Part shown: piece by piece, positions 52,947-64,000 of the stretch
How the letters are laid out: every line of letters starts with the position of its first letter
How positions within the stretch are numbered: the stretch's first letter is position 1
DNA from: an uncultured Trueperaceae bacterium
GTDB taxonomy: Bacteria > Deinococcota > Deinococci > Deinococcales > Trueperaceae
DNA: 64,000 nucleotides
Direction: 5' to 3'
Assembly: GCA_963799485.1 (NCBI GenBank)
Contig: CAWCXJ010000007.1
Coordinates: 288,001-352,000 of the forward strand
Translations under genes and position numbers: made by a program
Notes under the pieces: model-generated
What the model was told of the DNA's origin: nothing
Database searches by the model: none
What the model saw: the letters and a program-made list of their open reading frames with translations, nothing else

Positions 52947-53424
52947 CGTACTAGTTGCCGTCGTAATGGGTAGCACCTCGGATTGGGAAACGATGCAGCA
53001 CGCCGACCGGGTGCTACAAGACTTCGGTGTGCCGCACCGCTGCGAGATCGTCTCGGCGCACCGCACGCCTGCCAGACTGACCACCTTTGCCGAAGGTGCC
53101 GTAAAAGCCGGATGCGAGGTCATTATCGCCGGGGCCGGGGGCGCGGCGCACCTGCCGGGGATGATTGCCGCGCAGACGCCGCTACCGGTACTCGGCGTGC
53201 CCGTAAAGAGCCACGCGCTAAACGGTCTCGATTCGCTTTTGTCGATCGTCCAGATGCCTGCGGGTGTCCCGGTCGGAACGCTGGCGATTGGACAGGCCGG
53301 GGCGACCAACGCGGGGCTGCTGGCGGTTGCTATCCTGGCAAACAGTCGTCCCGAACTGCGGGAAAAGCTAAACGCTTACCGCCAAGCTCAAACCGAGCGT
53401 GTACTTGGGGCTAAACTCCCATGA
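52939..53424 (+). CDS. purE: N5-CAIR mutase
   Basis: [24 protein letters not shown]. Confidence 0.97.
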   Translation: MADVLVAVVMGSTSDWETMQHADRVLQDFGVPHRCEIVSAHRTPARLTTFAEGAVKAGCEVIIAGAGGAAHLPGMIAAQTPLPVLGVPVKSHALNGLDSLLSIVQMPAGVPVGTLAIGQAGATNAGLLAVAILANSRPELREKLNAYRQAQTERVLGAKLP

Positions 53425-54581
53425 CTACGGGTTCATCTATAGATTCATCTAAAGCTGTTTTACCCGGCGCTACCATAGGTATTTTTGGTGGCGGTCAGCT
53501 GGGGCGGATGCTCGCTTTTGCTGCCAAGAGAATGGGTTACCGCGTAGCCGTTTTCTCACCTGAAGCGTCTTCGCCTGCGGGCAGTGTTGCCGACGCTGAA
53601 CACGTCGCCGACTACACCGACTTGGGCGCAGTTACAGCCTTTGCCCAAGCTGTCGACGTCATCACCCTCGAGTTTGAAAACGTGCCCGTCACGGCGCTCG
53701 AGGCCGCCGCCATCTACGCGCCCGTGCGCCCTGGTTGGCGCGCACTCTACACCGCGCAGCACCGCCTCCGGGAGAAAAATTTTCTCGCTAAAGAGGGTCT
53801 GCCGACGCCCGCTTTCAGGCCGATTCGCCGCGCTGGAGAACTCGAGCTGGCCTTGCGCGAACTCGGGGCACCCGCCGTGCTTAAAACTGCCGGGTTCGGC
53901 TATGACGGCAAAGGTCAGCGGGTGGTTGAAACGCTCACCGGAGCTAAAGCAGCCTTTGCAGAACTAGGCAGCGAGTGCATTTTGGAGACGTTTGTAGATT
54001 TCGACCGTGAGCTTTCGGTCGTCGGCGCGCGCGGCGTAGACGGGACGTTCGTTCACCTCGCGGTCTCTGAAAACCGCCACGTCCGGCATATTCTAGACGT
54101 CTCACTTGCACCCGCCGCAGTACCCGCCGTCGTCGCGGAGCGTGCCGCAGCGCTGACACGTGAAATCATGGCAACGCTGGACGTTGTAGGCCTCCTCTGC
54201 GCCGAGTTCTTTTTGACTTCCGACGAAACGCTGCTCGTCAACGAATTGGCCCCGCGTCCACACAATTCCGGACATTTGAGCCTCGAGGCGTGCGATATCA
54301 GCCAGTTCGAATTGCAACTTCGCGCGGTCTGTGGCCTGCCGCTCGTCACCCCGGTGCAGCGTCCGGCGGCGACTGCTAATTTGCTCGGTGATTTGTGGGT
54401 ACAAGGCGAACCCGACTGGGCTGCTACCTTAACGGAGAATGATATGACTTTACATCTTTACGGCAAAGCTGAAGCGCGCCCCGGACGTAAAATGGGCCAC
54501 CTGACGGCGCTTGCCGAAACACCCTCGGCAGCAGCAGAACGCGTTCAGGCGGCCCGCCGCAAGTTGACGAGGCGCACCTAG
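53421..54581 (+). CDS. purK: N5-CAIR synthase
   Basis: [32 protein letters not shown]. Confidence 0.97.
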   Translation: MTTGSSIDSSKAVLPGATIGIFGGGQLGRMLAFAAKRMGYRVAVFSPEASSPAGSVADAEHVADYTDLGAVTAFAQAVDVITLEFENVPVTALEAAAIYAPVRPGWRALYTAQHRLREKNFLAKEGLPTPAFRPIRRAGELELALRELGAPAVLKTAGFGYDGKGQRVVETLTGAKAAFAELGSECILETFVDFDRELSVVGARGVDGTFVHLAVSENRHVRHILDVSLAPAAVPAVVAERAAALTREIMATLDVVGLLCAEFFLTSDETLLVNELAPRPHNSGHLSLEACDISQFELQLRAVCGLPLVTPVQRPAATANLLGDLWVQGEPDWAATLTENDMTLHLYGKAEARPGRKMGHLTALAETPSAAAERVQAARRKLTRRT

Positions 54582-56536
54582 TGCGGACGCTAAGCGCACT
54601 CTCGAACAAAGCTCGAGTCACGCTCGAGTCCCTCCAAACCCCTCAGCTCGACGAAATTCTCAACAGTTTGGGTATGCGCGACCGGCAGCTCTTTCGACTA
54701 CGGCTCGCGCGGCAGTTCAGCAACCTCTTTGATGGTTTGGAGCCTCTTTACGGCGCACGTCCGGATTTTGCAACGGTGTTGGGCCGCCTCGTGCTCAAGC
54801 TCGCCGAGTTTTACCGTGACCGCCCCGAAGCGCTTAAAGTCCTCGACTTGGAGCGTGAACTCACCCCCGACTGGTTTCAACGCCCGGAGATGGTCGGGTA
54901 CGTCGCCTACGCTGAGCGCTTTGCGCCGAACTTGGCAGGCGTCGCGGAACACCTGGATTACCTCGAAGAACTCGGCGTGACCTATTTGCACCTGATGTCG
55001 GTCTTAAAGACCCGCGCGGGTGAAAACGACGGCGGCTACGCAGTCGCAGATTATCTGGCAGTGCAACCGGCCCTCGGGACGATAGACGATTTGGAGGCGC
55101 TCTGCGGCACGCTGCGCGGTTCGGGTATCAGCCTTTGCCTCGACCTCGTACTTAACCACTGCGCCGATACGCACGCGTGGGCCGAGGCTGCCAAACGCGG
55201 CGACCCGCACTATCAGGACTATTTTTACACCTACAGCGACCGCGTGTTGCCCGAACAGTTTGAACGGACGCTCCCTGAAGTTTTCCCCGACTTTGCGCCC
55301 GGTAACTTCTCTTACGTGCCGGAGATGCAGCGCTGGGTTTGGACGACCTTTAACACTTATCAGTGGGACTTGAACTATACGAACCCGGAGGTGTTTCTCG
55401 AGGTTGCCGGAATCCTCTTAGCACTTGCCAACCGGGGTGTTGAAGTATTTCGCCTCGACGCCGTAGCGTTTATGTGGAAACGGCTCGGGACGAACTCGCA
55501 AAACCAGCCCGAAGTCCATATGCTGCTGCAGGCGCTCCGGGCATGTTCAAAGATTGCCGCCCCGGCAGTCATCCACAAAGCCGAGGCTATCGTCTCACCG
55601 AACGACTTGGTACAGTATTTCGGTACCGGACGGCATTTCGGCAAAGTCTCGAATCTGGCCTATCACAACTCGCTGATGGTGCAGTTCTGGGCGTCCTTGG
55701 CAAGCCGCGATACCGGGCTGATGGCCCACGTTCTGCGAGGTTTTCCGCCGACGCCGCCGACTACCGCGTGGGCCACCTATATTCGTTGCCACGACGATAT
55801 CGGCTGGGCCGTAACTGACGAAGACGCGGCGGCGGCTGGCTTAAACGGCGCGGCGCACCGGAGCTTTTTGTCGGACTACTATGCCGGGCTTTTTCCAGGC
55901 TCACACGCCGTCGGCGAGGTTTTTCAGTACAACCCGGCGACGAACGACCGGCGCATTTCGGGAACGTTTGCGAGTTTGGCGGGGCTCGAGCAAGCCCTGG
56001 TGCAAGATGACAGTTACGGCGTCGATCTCAGCATCGAACGCATCTTGTTGGGTTTTGCTCTGATGCTTGGTTTCGGCGGCGTACCGCTCCTCTACATGGG
56101 CGACGAACTCGGGCTCTTAAACGACTACACCTTCTCCGAGCATAAGAGCACCCGTGACGACAACCGCTGGTTGCACCGGCCCCGGATGGACTGGGCGCAC
56201 GCCGAAAGACGTTTTGAGACGGGGACGCCCCCAGCCCGGATTTTTGCCGGGGTCAAACATCTCATCGAAGTTCGCCGCCGCACTCCCCAACTGCACGCAG
56301 GCTATCAGACTGAAATCCTGGACGTTCCCCGGCAATTTTTCGCCTATGTCCGGACGCATCCGCTCGGTAACTTGCTTGCGGTGTACAACTTCACCGAACA
56401 CGCGCAGGTGTTGCCGCTGAGTGAGTTAGGTCTTTACGGGTTTAGCGAGCTGACCGACCAGCTAACAAGACACCGCGCGACGCCCCGCGACGGGCTGCTC
56501 GAGCTGCCCCCCTACGCGCGGCTGTGGCTCGTATAA
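54581..56536 (+). CDS. Amylosucrase-like GH13 enzyme
   Basis: DGGYAV, DLVLNH, LPEVFP, FRLDAVAF, AEAIV, RCHDDIGW, DNRW.HRP. Confidence 0.9.
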   Translation: MRTLSALSNKARVTLESLQTPQLDEILNSLGMRDRQLFRLRLARQFSNLFDGLEPLYGARPDFATVLGRLVLKLAEFYRDRPEALKVLDLERELTPDWFQRPEMVGYVAYAERFAPNLAGVAEHLDYLEELGVTYLHLMSVLKTRAGENDGGYAVADYLAVQPALGTIDDLEALCGTLRGSGISLCLDLVLNHCADTHAWAEAAKRGDPHYQDYFYTYSDRVLPEQFERTLPEVFPDFAPGNFSYVPEMQRWVWTTFNTYQWDLNYTNPEVFLEVAGILLALANRGVEVFRLDAVAFMWKRLGTNSQNQPEVHMLLQALRACSKIAAPAVIHKAEAIVSPNDLVQYFGTGRHFGKVSNLAYHNSLMVQFWASLASRDTGLMAHVLRGFPPTPPTTAWATYIRCHDDIGWAVTDEDAAAAGLNGAAHRSFLSDYYAGLFPGSHAVGEVFQYNPATNDRRISGTFASLAGLEQALVQDDSYGVDLSIERILLGFALMLGFGGVPLLYMGDELGLLNDYTFSEHKSTRDDNRWLHRPRMDWAHAERRFETGTPPARIFAGVKHLIEVRRRTPQLHAGYQTEILDVPRQFFAYVRTHPLGNLLAVYNFTEHAQVLPLSELGLYGFSELTDQLTRHRATPRDGLLELPPYARLWLV

Positions 56537-56841
56537 CGCGGCTCGTAACGGTTGGGCTTTGATTCGTTCGTGGTTTTTGGAGCGGTATTTGAAGCGTGCC
56601 GAGGTGTCTTGTCTTCTGAGTGTGCTGAGGTTTCCCTCTCAAATGACGTGCTGATCACTTCGGATTCACGGGACGCTTTCTGACGGCTGTTCAGATAGAG
56701 CGCCAGCGAAGTGATGCCAGCGAGAAGCGCGTAGCCAGCAGCGAGTGCAGCTTTGGGTTCACGGTGGGCAACGGTTAAAAGTCCGGCGGCGCAAAGTGCT
56801 AACAGGGCACTCAAAAGTAGAACGGTGTGGGGCTTCAGCAT
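56512..56841 (-). CDS. Small two-TM hypothetical protein
   Basis: Two hydrophobic helices; ATG 7 nt after TAAGCT. Confidence 0.55.
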   Translation of the reverse strand: MLKPHTVLLLSALLALCAAGLLTVAHREPKAALAAGYALLAGITSLALYLNSRQKASRESEVISTSFERETSAHSEDKTPRHASNTAPKTTNESKPNRYEPRYTSHSRA

Positions 56842-57161
56842 GGCTAGCAGCTTAAGCCCCTAATCTGAACGGTTTCTTAAGAGAGGCTTTAACCCGAAAG
56901 GGTGGACTCGAGCTTTGATAAAGCCGAAAGTACTGTCTGGTACGGATTTCCTGGTGTCCTTACCGCGATACAAGCGGCGTTTACCGACCGGATGGCCTAA
57001 CCGAGCTTAACAGCTGCCTAGAAATGCTGTTCTGGACAGTTCGCAGTGAAGTAGTTTTGCTGCTCCGTATAATTTTTCACAGTCCGCGACCGGCAGCCAC
57101 TTGTCTTTCATTTTAGCGACATCTGGAACTGCTAGAAACATATAAGCTTGTTGCCTGAGAC

Positions 57162-57191
57162 TTGATTTTTAGCCTGCCGCGTGGCTATACT
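57162..57191 (+). promoter_or_regulatory. Probable sigma-70 promoter of the str/S10 operon
   Basis: TTGATT-18 bp-TATACT. Confidence 0.6.
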
Positions 57192-57364
57192 CAAGTGTTT
57201 GAACTCCCTAACCCGCAGCGTTGGGTCTGGGAGCGGTTTTGTCGTGTGCAGCCAACTTCGTAACGCCTAGGTAGCCCGTCTACGCTTGCCGCCCACAACA
57301 CCCAAGTAACGTTGCAGCTCTAAAGAGCTTGCAGTCAGGTACGACCTGAGAGGATGTGATTGCT

Positions 57365-57757
57365 CTGCCAACCGTTAACCAGCTCTTGCGTAAAGGGCGC
57401 AAAGCGCTCCCGAAGAAAAACAAAGTTCCGGCCCTCAAGGGGAGCCCGCAACGTCGCGGCGTCTGCACTATCGTCAAGACGCAGACCCCGAAGAAACCCA
57501 ACTCGGCGCTCCGTAAAATCGCCCGTGTCCGCCTCTCGCACGGCGCGGAAGTTACCGCCTATATTCCGGGCGAAAAGCACAACTTGCAAGAACACTCGGT
57601 TGTCCTTATTCGCGGGGGTCGTGTCAAAGACCTGCCGGGCGTGCGCTACCACATCGTTCGCGGGGCACTCGACGCTCAGGGTGTCGGCGTGGGCCGTTAT
57701 GTTCAGCGCAACCAGGGCCGCAGCAAATACGGTACGAAAAAGCCGAAAGCGAAGTAG
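57365..57757 (+). CDS. rpsL: 30S ribosomal protein S12 (probable CTG start; alternative GTG 57356)
   Basis: [29 protein letters not shown]. Confidence 0.97.
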   Translation: MPTVNQLLRKGRKALPKKNKVPALKGSPQRRGVCTIVKTQTPKKPNSALRKIARVRLSHGAEVTAYIPGEKHNLQEHSVVLIRGGRVKDLPGVRYHIVRGALDAQGVGVGRYVQRNQGRSKYGTKKPKAK

Positions 57758-57764
57758 GAGAGAT

Positions 57765-58235
57765 ATGGGACGCAGAAGAAGAGCTGAAATCCGCCGCCTC
57801 GAGCCCGACCTCGTGTACAGCGACACGACCGTCACCGCGTTTGTCAATAAGCTGATGCGCGACGGCAAGAAAAACCTGGCGAGCCGCATCTTTTACGGCG
57901 CGTGCCGCCTGATTCAAGACCGCAGCGGTCAGGAACCCTTAAAGGTTTTCCGCCAAGGGTTGGACAACATCAAACCCCGTATCGAGGTCAAAAGCCGCCG
58001 CGTCGGTGGGGCCACCTACCAGGTACCTATCGAGGTTGCGCCGCGCCGCGCCCAGTCGTTGGCCCTTCGCTGGCTTGTCGCCGCGTCGAACGCACGTCCT
58101 GAACGCACCGCTGTCGAGCGCGTCGCGGGTGAGCTGCTAGACGCTGCTGCGGGTCGCGGCGGGGCCGTCAAGAAAAAAGATGATGTGGAGCGTATGGCCG
58201 AAGCCAACCGCGCCTACGCGCACTACCGCTGGTAA
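57765..58235 (+). CDS. rpsG: 30S ribosomal protein S7
   Basis: MGRRRRAE, RRVGGATYQVP, MAEANRAYAHYRW; AGGAG RBS. Confidence 0.98.
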   Translation: MGRRRRAEIRRLEPDLVYSDTTVTAFVNKLMRDGKKNLASRIFYGACRLIQDRSGQEPLKVFRQGLDNIKPRIEVKSRRVGGATYQVPIEVAPRRAQSLALRWLVAASNARPERTAVERVAGELLDAAAGRGGAVKKKDDVERMAEANRAYAHYRW

Positions 58236-58239
58236 AGAT

Positions 58240-58331
58240 GAGCTGACAGCGGCTGTGCCGCTAAGCTTTGAGGTGAAAGCGTCTGTGGCGCTAACCTCCG
58301 ATGAGCTAAAAGCGTCCCTGACGCTAGGCTC
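58240..58331 (+). repeat. Three tandem 29-nt co-varying stem-loop units
   Basis: Units at 58240-58268, 58270-58298 and 58303-58331 with identical predicted fold. Confidence 0.8.
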
Positions 58332-58354
58332 TGCCTCGAGACACAGGAGAGACT

Positions 58355-60427
58355 ATGACGACTAAAACAGGCATCGACCTGAACATGACGCGAAATATCG
58401 GGATCGCCGCGCACATCGACGCAGGCAAAACGACCCTGACCGAACGCATCTTGTTCTACACCGGTCGGATTCACAAGACCGGCGAAGTCCATGAAGGCGC
58501 AGCCACGATGGACTGGATGGAGCAAGAGCGCGAACGCGGGATTACCATCACGTCGGCGGTGACGCAGGCGTTCTGGAAAGATTTCCGCATCAACATCATC
58601 GACACCCCCGGTCACGTGGACTTTACGATGGAAGTCGAGCGTTCGATGCGCGTACTTGACGCCGCCGTTGCCGTGTTCGACGCGTCGCAAGGGGTCGAAC
58701 CGCAATCTGAAACCGTCTGGCGGCAGGCCGACAAGTACCGCGTCCCGCGCCTCGCGTTTGCCAACAAGATGGACAAAACCGGCGCTGACTTTCAGCTCGT
58801 CTTGACCTCGATGGAAGAGCGCCTCGGCGCGAACGCCGTACCGATTCAGTGGCCGATGGGTCAGGAAGACTCGTTTAAGGGCATTATCGACCTCGTAGAG
58901 ATGCGCGCCTTTACCTATCTCGACGATTTGGGTCAGAACATCGAAGAGAGCGATATTCCCGCCGAATATGCCGACATCGCCGAAGAAAAACGCGGGGTGA
59001 TGTTGGAGAAACTCGCGGACATCTCAGACGATCTGGCGATGCTTTACCTCGAGGGCGAAGAGATTCCCGCAGATATTGTCAAAGACGCCATCCGCGAAGG
59101 CACCGTAAAACTCAAGCACTACCCGGTCTTGTGCGGTTCGGCGCTCAAAAACAAGGGTGTCCAGCGCCTTTTGGACGCTGTAACGTACTACTTGCCGAGC
59201 CCCCTGGACGTGCCGCCGATTCGCGGCGTCCTGCCCGACTCCGAGCAAGAAGACACGCGCGGCGCTGACGAAACTGCGCCGACTTCCGCACTTGCCTTTA
59301 AGATTGCCACCGACCCTTATGTAGGCCGCCTGACTTTCGTCCGTGTCTATTCGGGGGTGTTGGAGTCCGGCTCGTACATTTATAACGTCTCGAAAGGTAA
59401 AAAAGAACGTGTCGGTCGCCTTCTGAAGATGCACTCGAACAACCGCGAAGAGGTCGAGCGCATCGGCGCGGGCGATTTGGGCGCGATTATCGGCCTCAAA
59501 GACACCACAACCGGTGACACCCTCGCCGACGCGAGTGCTCCGATTATCTTGGAGCGCATGGAATTCCCCGAACCGGTGATTACGGTTGCTATCGAGCCAT
59601 CATCGAAAGCCGACCAGGACAAGCTCTCAAACGGTATGGTCAAGCTAGCCGAGGAAGACCCGACCTTCCGCGTCGAGACCGACCCCGAAACGGGCCAGAC
59701 GACGATTTCAGGGATGGGTGAGCTTCACCTAGAGATCATCGTCGACCGCCTCCGCCGCGAGTTCAACGTCAGCGCGACCGTTGGTGCGCCGCAGGTTGCT
59801 TACCGCGAAACGATTACACGCGCCGTCGATGTGCAAGGCAAGTTCGTCCGGCAATCCGGTGGGCGGGGTCAGTACGGTGACGTGCGCCTGAAAGCGGAAC
59901 CGCTCGAGCGCGGCACTGGCTTCGAGTTTGAAAACGCCGTCGTCGGTGGAACGATCCCCCGTGAGTACATCCCGGCGGTGCAAAAAGGTGTCGAAGAAGC
60001 GATGCAGAACGGCCCGCTTCTCGGGTTTCCGATTGTAGATATGAAGGTCAGCGTCTACGACGGGTCGTACCACGAAGTTGACTCGTCCGAAATGGCGTTT
60101 AAGATTGCCGCGTCGATGGCAATTAAAGAAGTTATGAGCAAAGGTTCTGCGGTGGTACTCGAGCCCGTTATGAGCGTCGAGGTTGTCACTCCGGAAAACT
60201 ACATGGGCGACGCCATCGGCAGCCTCAACTCGCGCCGGGGTCAGATTCAGGGGATGCAGCCGCGTGGTAACGCGCAGGTCATTAGCGCGCACGTTCCACT
60301 TTCGGAAATGTTCGGTTATGCGACCGACCTTCGCAGCCTTACGCAAGGCCGCGCGACCTTCAGCATGGTTTTAGATCACTACGCGCAGGTTCCGCGCAAC
60401 ATTCAAGAAGAGCTCGTTAAGAAGTAA
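58355..60427 (+). CDS. fusA: Elongation factor G
   Basis: [32 protein letters not shown]. Confidence 0.99.
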   Translation: MTTKTGIDLNMTRNIGIAAHIDAGKTTLTERILFYTGRIHKTGEVHEGAATMDWMEQERERGITITSAVTQAFWKDFRINIIDTPGHVDFTMEVERSMRVLDAAVAVFDASQGVEPQSETVWRQADKYRVPRLAFANKMDKTGADFQLVLTSMEERLGANAVPIQWPMGQEDSFKGIIDLVEMRAFTYLDDLGQNIEESDIPAEYADIAEEKRGVMLEKLADISDDLAMLYLEGEEIPADIVKDAIREGTVKLKHYPVLCGSALKNKGVQRLLDAVTYYLPSPLDVPPIRGVLPDSEQEDTRGADETAPTSALAFKIATDPYVGRLTFVRVYSGVLESGSYIYNVSKGKKERVGRLLKMHSNNREEVERIGAGDLGAIIGLKDTTTGDTLADASAPIILERMEFPEPVITVAIEPSSKADQDKLSNGMVKLAEEDPTFRVETDPETGQTTISGMGELHLEIIVDRLRREFNVSATVGAPQVAYRETITRAVDVQGKFVRQSGGRGQYGDVRLKAEPLERGTGFEFENAVVGGTIPREYIPAVQKGVEEAMQNGPLLGFPIVDMKVSVYDGSYHEVDSSEMAFKIAASMAIKEVMSKGSAVVLEPVMSVEVVTPENYMGDAIGSLNSRRGQIQGMQPRGNAQVISAHVPLSEMFGYATDLRSLTQGRATFSMVLDHYAQVPRNIQEELVKK

Positions 60428-60491
60428 CTGACGTTAGGGGTGGCGTTTAAGTAGCGCCGCTCCACTACAAAACAGTAAGGAGAACAGCAAG

Positions 60492-61709
60492 GTGGCAAAA
60501 GCGACTTTTACGAGAACGAAACCGCACGTCAATATCGGCACGGTAGGGCACGTCGACCACGGCAAGACGACGTTAACGGCAGCGATTACGTTTACGGCAG
60601 CAGCAGCCGACCCTACGATTGAGACCTTGAGCTACGACATGATCGACAAAGCGCCGGAAGAGAAAGCGCGCGGGATCACCATCAACACCTCGCACGTCGA
60701 ATACCAGACGGCGGCGCGGCACTATAGCCACGTCGACTGCCCCGGACACGCCGACTACGTGAAGAACATGATTACCGGCGCGGCGCAGATGGACGGTGCG
60801 ATCCTGGTGGTCTCGGCTGCCGACGGCCCGATGCCGCAAACCAGAGAACATATCCTCTTAGCCCGTCAGGTGGGTGTGCCGTACATCGTCGTGTTCATGA
60901 ATAAAACCGACATGGTCGACGACGAAGAGCTCTTGGAACTCGTCGAGATGGAAGTCCGGGAACTGTTGTCCTCCTACGAGTTTCCCGGCGACGATATTCC
61001 TGTCATCAAGGGCTCGGCCTTAAAAGCCTTGGACGCCCTGACCGCCAACCCCAATACCCAACGCGGTGAAAACGAATGGGTCGATCATATCTGGGAACTC
61101 CTGGACGCGGTCGACTCGTACATCCCCACCCCCGAACGCGACATCGACCGTCCTTTCTTGATGCCGGTCGAAGACGTCTTTACCATTACCGGACGCGGCA
61201 CCGTGGCGACGGGCCGGGTCGAACGCGGGCAGGTCAAAACCGGCGAAGAGATCGCCATCGTGGGTCTTACAGACACCCGCAAATCAATCGTCACCGGGGT
61301 CGAGATGCACCGTAAAACGCTCGATTCGGGGATGGCGGGCGACAACGTCGGCGTCCTTTTGCGCGGCGTCCAAAGAGACGACATCGAACGCGGACAAGTG
61401 CTTTCAAAGCCGGGTTCGATCACCCCACATACGGGCTTTAAGGGCTCGGTGTATATCTTGAAGAAAGAAGAAGGGGGACGGCACAGCGCCTTCTTTAGCG
61501 GCTACCGCCCGCAGTTCTACTTTCGGACGACCGACGTGACGGGTGTCTGCACCTTGCCCGACGGGGTCGAGATGGTGATGCCGGGGGACAACGTCGAGTT
61601 GGACGTCGAACTGATCAAACCCATTGCGATGGAAGAGGGTTTGCGCTTTGCCATTCGTGAAGGTGGTCGCACCGTTGGTGCCGGCGTTGTCAGTCAGGTG
61701 ACCAAGTAA
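60492..61709 (+). CDS. tuf: Elongation factor Tu
   Basis: [25 protein letters not shown]. Confidence 0.99.
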   Translation: MAKATFTRTKPHVNIGTVGHVDHGKTTLTAAITFTAAAADPTIETLSYDMIDKAPEEKARGITINTSHVEYQTAARHYSHVDCPGHADYVKNMITGAAQMDGAILVVSAADGPMPQTREHILLARQVGVPYIVVFMNKTDMVDDEELLELVEMEVRELLSSYEFPGDDIPVIKGSALKALDALTANPNTQRGENEWVDHIWELLDAVDSYIPTPERDIDRPFLMPVEDVFTITGRGTVATGRVERGQVKTGEEIAIVGLTDTRKSIVTGVEMHRKTLDSGMAGDNVGVLLRGVQRDDIERGQVLSKPGSITPHTGFKGSVYILKKEEGGRHSAFFSGYRPQFYFRTTDVTGVCTLPDGVEMVMPGDNVELDVELIKPIAMEEGLRFAIREGGRTVGAGVVSQVTK

Positions 61710-62029
61710 TGGCGTCACCCCGCATTCGGATCAAGCTTCGGGCATTTGATCACCGCAGTTTGGACTCGTCGGCAACGAAAATTGTCGATACGGTCAAACG
61801 CACCGGCGCAAAAGTCGCTGGCCCCGTGCCGCTCCCGACCCGTATCCGCCGTTTCTGCGTGCTCCGCAGCCCGTTTGTCGACAAAGACTCGAGAGAGCAC
61901 TTTGAAATCCGTACCCACAACCGGCTGATCGACATCAAAACGCCCACCAAAAGCACCATCGACAGCCTGATGCACCTAGACCTCCCGACGGGGGTCGATA
62001 TCGAGATCAAGACGGTCGGAGGCCGGTAG
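61709..62029 (+). CDS. rpsJ: 30S ribosomal protein S10
   Basis: [27 protein letters not shown]. Confidence 0.98.
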   Translation: MASPRIRIKLRAFDHRSLDSSATKIVDTVKRTGAKVAGPVPLPTRIRRFCVLRSPFVDKDSREHFEIRTHNRLIDIKTPTKSTIDSLMHLDLPTGVDIEIKTVGGR

Positions 62030-62649
62030 TGAAAGGAATTCTAGGCACCAAGGTCGGGATGACGCAAGTATGGCAGGGAGACCGGCTTATTCCGGTAACT
62101 GTCGTGCTTGCGGGCCCCTGCCCGGTCGTGCAACGTAAAACGCCGGAGACGGACGGCTACAGCGCCGTTCAGCTCGGCTGGTCGGAAAAGCGCACCAAGG
62201 TCGCTAACAAACCCGAGCTCGGTCACGCCAAGAAAGCGGGCGTAGGCGCACAAAAGACGCTCTTAGAGTTCCGTGATTATGCGCCCGAAGATGACAACGT
62301 TACCGTTGAAATTTTCGCAGCGGGTCAAAAAGTCGATGTCACGGGCACAACCAAAGGTCGCGGGATGACCGGTGTGATGAAACGCTGGAACTTCGCCGGG
62401 ATGCCTGCCTCGCACGGGGTCAAGAAAAAGCACCGTGCGCCGGGGTCGATCGGTCAGCGCAAGTTTCCGGGCCGCGTCTACAAAGGTAAAAAGATGGCCG
62501 GACAGTACGGGAATGAACGGGTGACGACGGTGGGACTTGAACTCCTCGAGATTCGCCCCGACGAAAACCTGCTTCTCATCAAAGGAGCTATCCCCGGAGC
62601 CAACGGCGGCCTCGTCATTGTTAAAGATTCGCAGAGGAGGGCGTCGTAA
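62029..62649 (+). CDS. rplC: 50S ribosomal protein L3
   Basis: [25 protein letters not shown]. Confidence 0.98.
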   Translation: MKGILGTKVGMTQVWQGDRLIPVTVVLAGPCPVVQRKTPETDGYSAVQLGWSEKRTKVANKPELGHAKKAGVGAQKTLLEFRDYAPEDDNVTVEIFAAGQKVDVTGTTKGRGMTGVMKRWNFAGMPASHGVKKKHRAPGSIGQRKFPGRVYKGKKMAGQYGNERVTTVGLELLEIRPDENLLLIKGAIPGANGGLVIVKDSQRRAS

Positions 62650-63251
62650 TGGCTGTAACCCTCGATGTTATCGGGAGCGAGCGTAAGGTAACGCTCGACC
62701 TACCCGAACCCAAAGAAGCCGTATTGCACGAGGTTGTTTCGTGGCAGCTTTCCAAACGCCGCCGCGGAACCGCTGCAACCAAAACACGCGGTACGGTGTC
62801 CGGCACGACCGCCAAGAGCCGCCCGCAAAAAGGAACCGGTGCAGCGCGGCACGGCTCGTACAAAGCGCCGATCTTCGTCGGCGGCGGAATCGCCTTTGGG
62901 CCGCACCCCCGTGACTACGGGTATTCGTTGCCCAAGCGCGTCCGCCGTCTGGGTCTCGGGATGGCCCTCGCCGCCCGCGCCAACGACAGCAAACTCACCC
63001 TTGTCGAATCGTTCGATATTGGTGGTAAAACCAAAGAGTTCGTCTCATGGGCCAAAGACAACGGGTTTAGCGGTGCGGAGCGCGTGCTGCTCGTGACCGA
63101 TAACGAACTCGTTCGCCGCGCTGCCCGCAACCTGCCGTGGGTCGGCGTGTTGCCGGGACGCGGGCTCAACGTCTACGACATCTTGCGTTACGACCACGTC
63201 GTTGCTGACGCTGCGATCTTCAATGACGTGCAAGCTGAGGAGGCAGAATGA
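62649..63251 (+). CDS. rplD: 50S ribosomal protein L4
   Basis: TKTRG.VSG, QKGTG.ARHGS, GGG.AFGP. Confidence 0.98.
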   Translation: MAVTLDVIGSERKVTLDLPEPKEAVLHEVVSWQLSKRRRGTAATKTRGTVSGTTAKSRPQKGTGAARHGSYKAPIFVGGGIAFGPHPRDYGYSLPKRVRRLGLGMALAARANDSKLTLVESFDIGGKTKEFVSWAKDNGFSGAERVLLVTDNELVRRAARNLPWVGVLPGRGLNVYDILRYDHVVADAAIFNDVQAEEAE

Positions 63252-63535
63252 ACCCTCATGACGTTATCCTGCGCCCGGTCTTAAGTGAAAAAGCGCTGAC
63301 CGGCATTGAAGATAGCAAATACGTTTTTTACGTTCATCCGAACGCCAACCGTACCCAGATCAAAGACGCCGTAGAACTCGTTTTTGGGGTTCAGGTCGTC
63401 AAGCTCAATCTCGCAAACGTGCGCGGCAAAGAAAAAACGATGGGTCGTTACCGTGGCGTGCGTCCGCAGCGCAAAAAGGCGATGGTTACGCTGCGCGCAG
63501 GCCAGAAGATTCAGCAGCTGGAAGGGCTGGTCTAA
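63248..63535 (+). CDS. rplW: 50S ribosomal protein L23
   Basis: RPVLSEK, IKDAVE..F.V.V, KKA.VTL. Confidence 0.97.
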   Translation: MNPHDVILRPVLSEKALTGIEDSKYVFYVHPNANRTQIKDAVELVFGVQVVKLNLANVRGKEKTMGRYRGVRPQRKKAMVTLRAGQKIQQLEGLV

Positions 63536-64000
63536 TGCCAACCAAGAAGTACCGTCCGTATACCCCCTCGCGGCGTTTTATGACGACCTCGGACTTTGCC
63601 GAAGTCACCACCAGTACGCCGGAAAAGTCGCTGCTCGAGACGCAAAAGCGTACCGGGGGCCGTAACAACCGGGGCCGCATCACCTCGCGGTTTCGGGGCG
63701 GTGGTCACAAGCGCCGTTACCGCGTCATCGACTTCCGCCGCCGCGACAAAGAAGGCGTGCCTGCCAAAGTGGCGACGGTCGAATACGATCCGAACCGGAG
63801 CGCCCGCATCGCCTTGTTGCACTACGTCGACGGCGAAAAGCGCTATATCCTCGCGCCGGAAAACCTCTCTGTCGGGAGCCGTATCGTGGCTGGCCCCGAA
63901 GCCGAGCCGGTGTTGGGCAACGCCTTGCCCCTCCGCTTTATCCCGGTCGGGACGGTCGTTCACAACGTCGAACTCGTTCCCGGCAAAGGTGCGCAACTTT
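63535..64000 (+). CDS. rplB: 50S ribosomal protein L2 (partial, runs off window)
   Basis: Own translation: [16 protein letters not shown]...[17 protein letters not shown]...EYDPNRSA. Confidence 0.97.
   Translation, partial: MPTKKYRPYTPSRRFMTTSDFAEVTTSTPEKSLLETQKRTGGRNNRGRITSRFRGGGHKRRYRVIDFRRRDKEGVPAKVATVEYDPNRSARIALLHYVDGEKRYILAPENLSVGSRIVAGPEAEPVLGNALPLRFIPVGTVVHNVELVPGKGAQL

Noticed and set aside
57360..57764. 291-aa extended S7 ORF overlapping rpsL
   Set aside because: Open frame by chance; the real start is ATG 57765 with an RBS

Overview
GC-rich bacterial chromosome segment, most consistent with Deinococcota (Truepera/Trueperaceae-like). This is inferred from protein style, the futalosine-pathway mqnD, many leaderless-looking genes and the contiguous str-S10 operon. 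Most of the window is housekeeping: radA, hisD, infC-rpmI-rplT, mqnD/menG, typA, scpA, treZ-treY, proA, gyrB, a pullulanase, a complete alternative complex III operon (actABCDEFG), sua5-purE-purK, an amylosucrase, and rpsL-rpsG-fusA-tuf-rpsJ-rplC-rplD-rplW-rplB. The strongest signal is an apparently intact IS110-family (IS621-like) bridge-recombinase element at 31203-32339, next to tRNA-Leu(CAG). Its CT cores, circle-junction promoter and bridge-RNA target/donor guides can all be read from the sequence. The guides match the actual insertion site, which is the A6G4 site of an IS701-family remnant, and also a second empty homologous site about 115 bp away, suggesting a bridge RNA programmed against another IS family. 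Other notable items: three tandem co-varying hairpins between rpsG and fusA, an ActG-cytochrome c fusion, a leaderless uORF abutting actA, an SDR/QueA-like/two-component module, an orphan AlgX-like protein, an amber-interrupted serine hydrolase, non-AUG starts for infC and rpsL, and strong CTCGAG over-representation. All calls were made by eye, without database searches or folding software.
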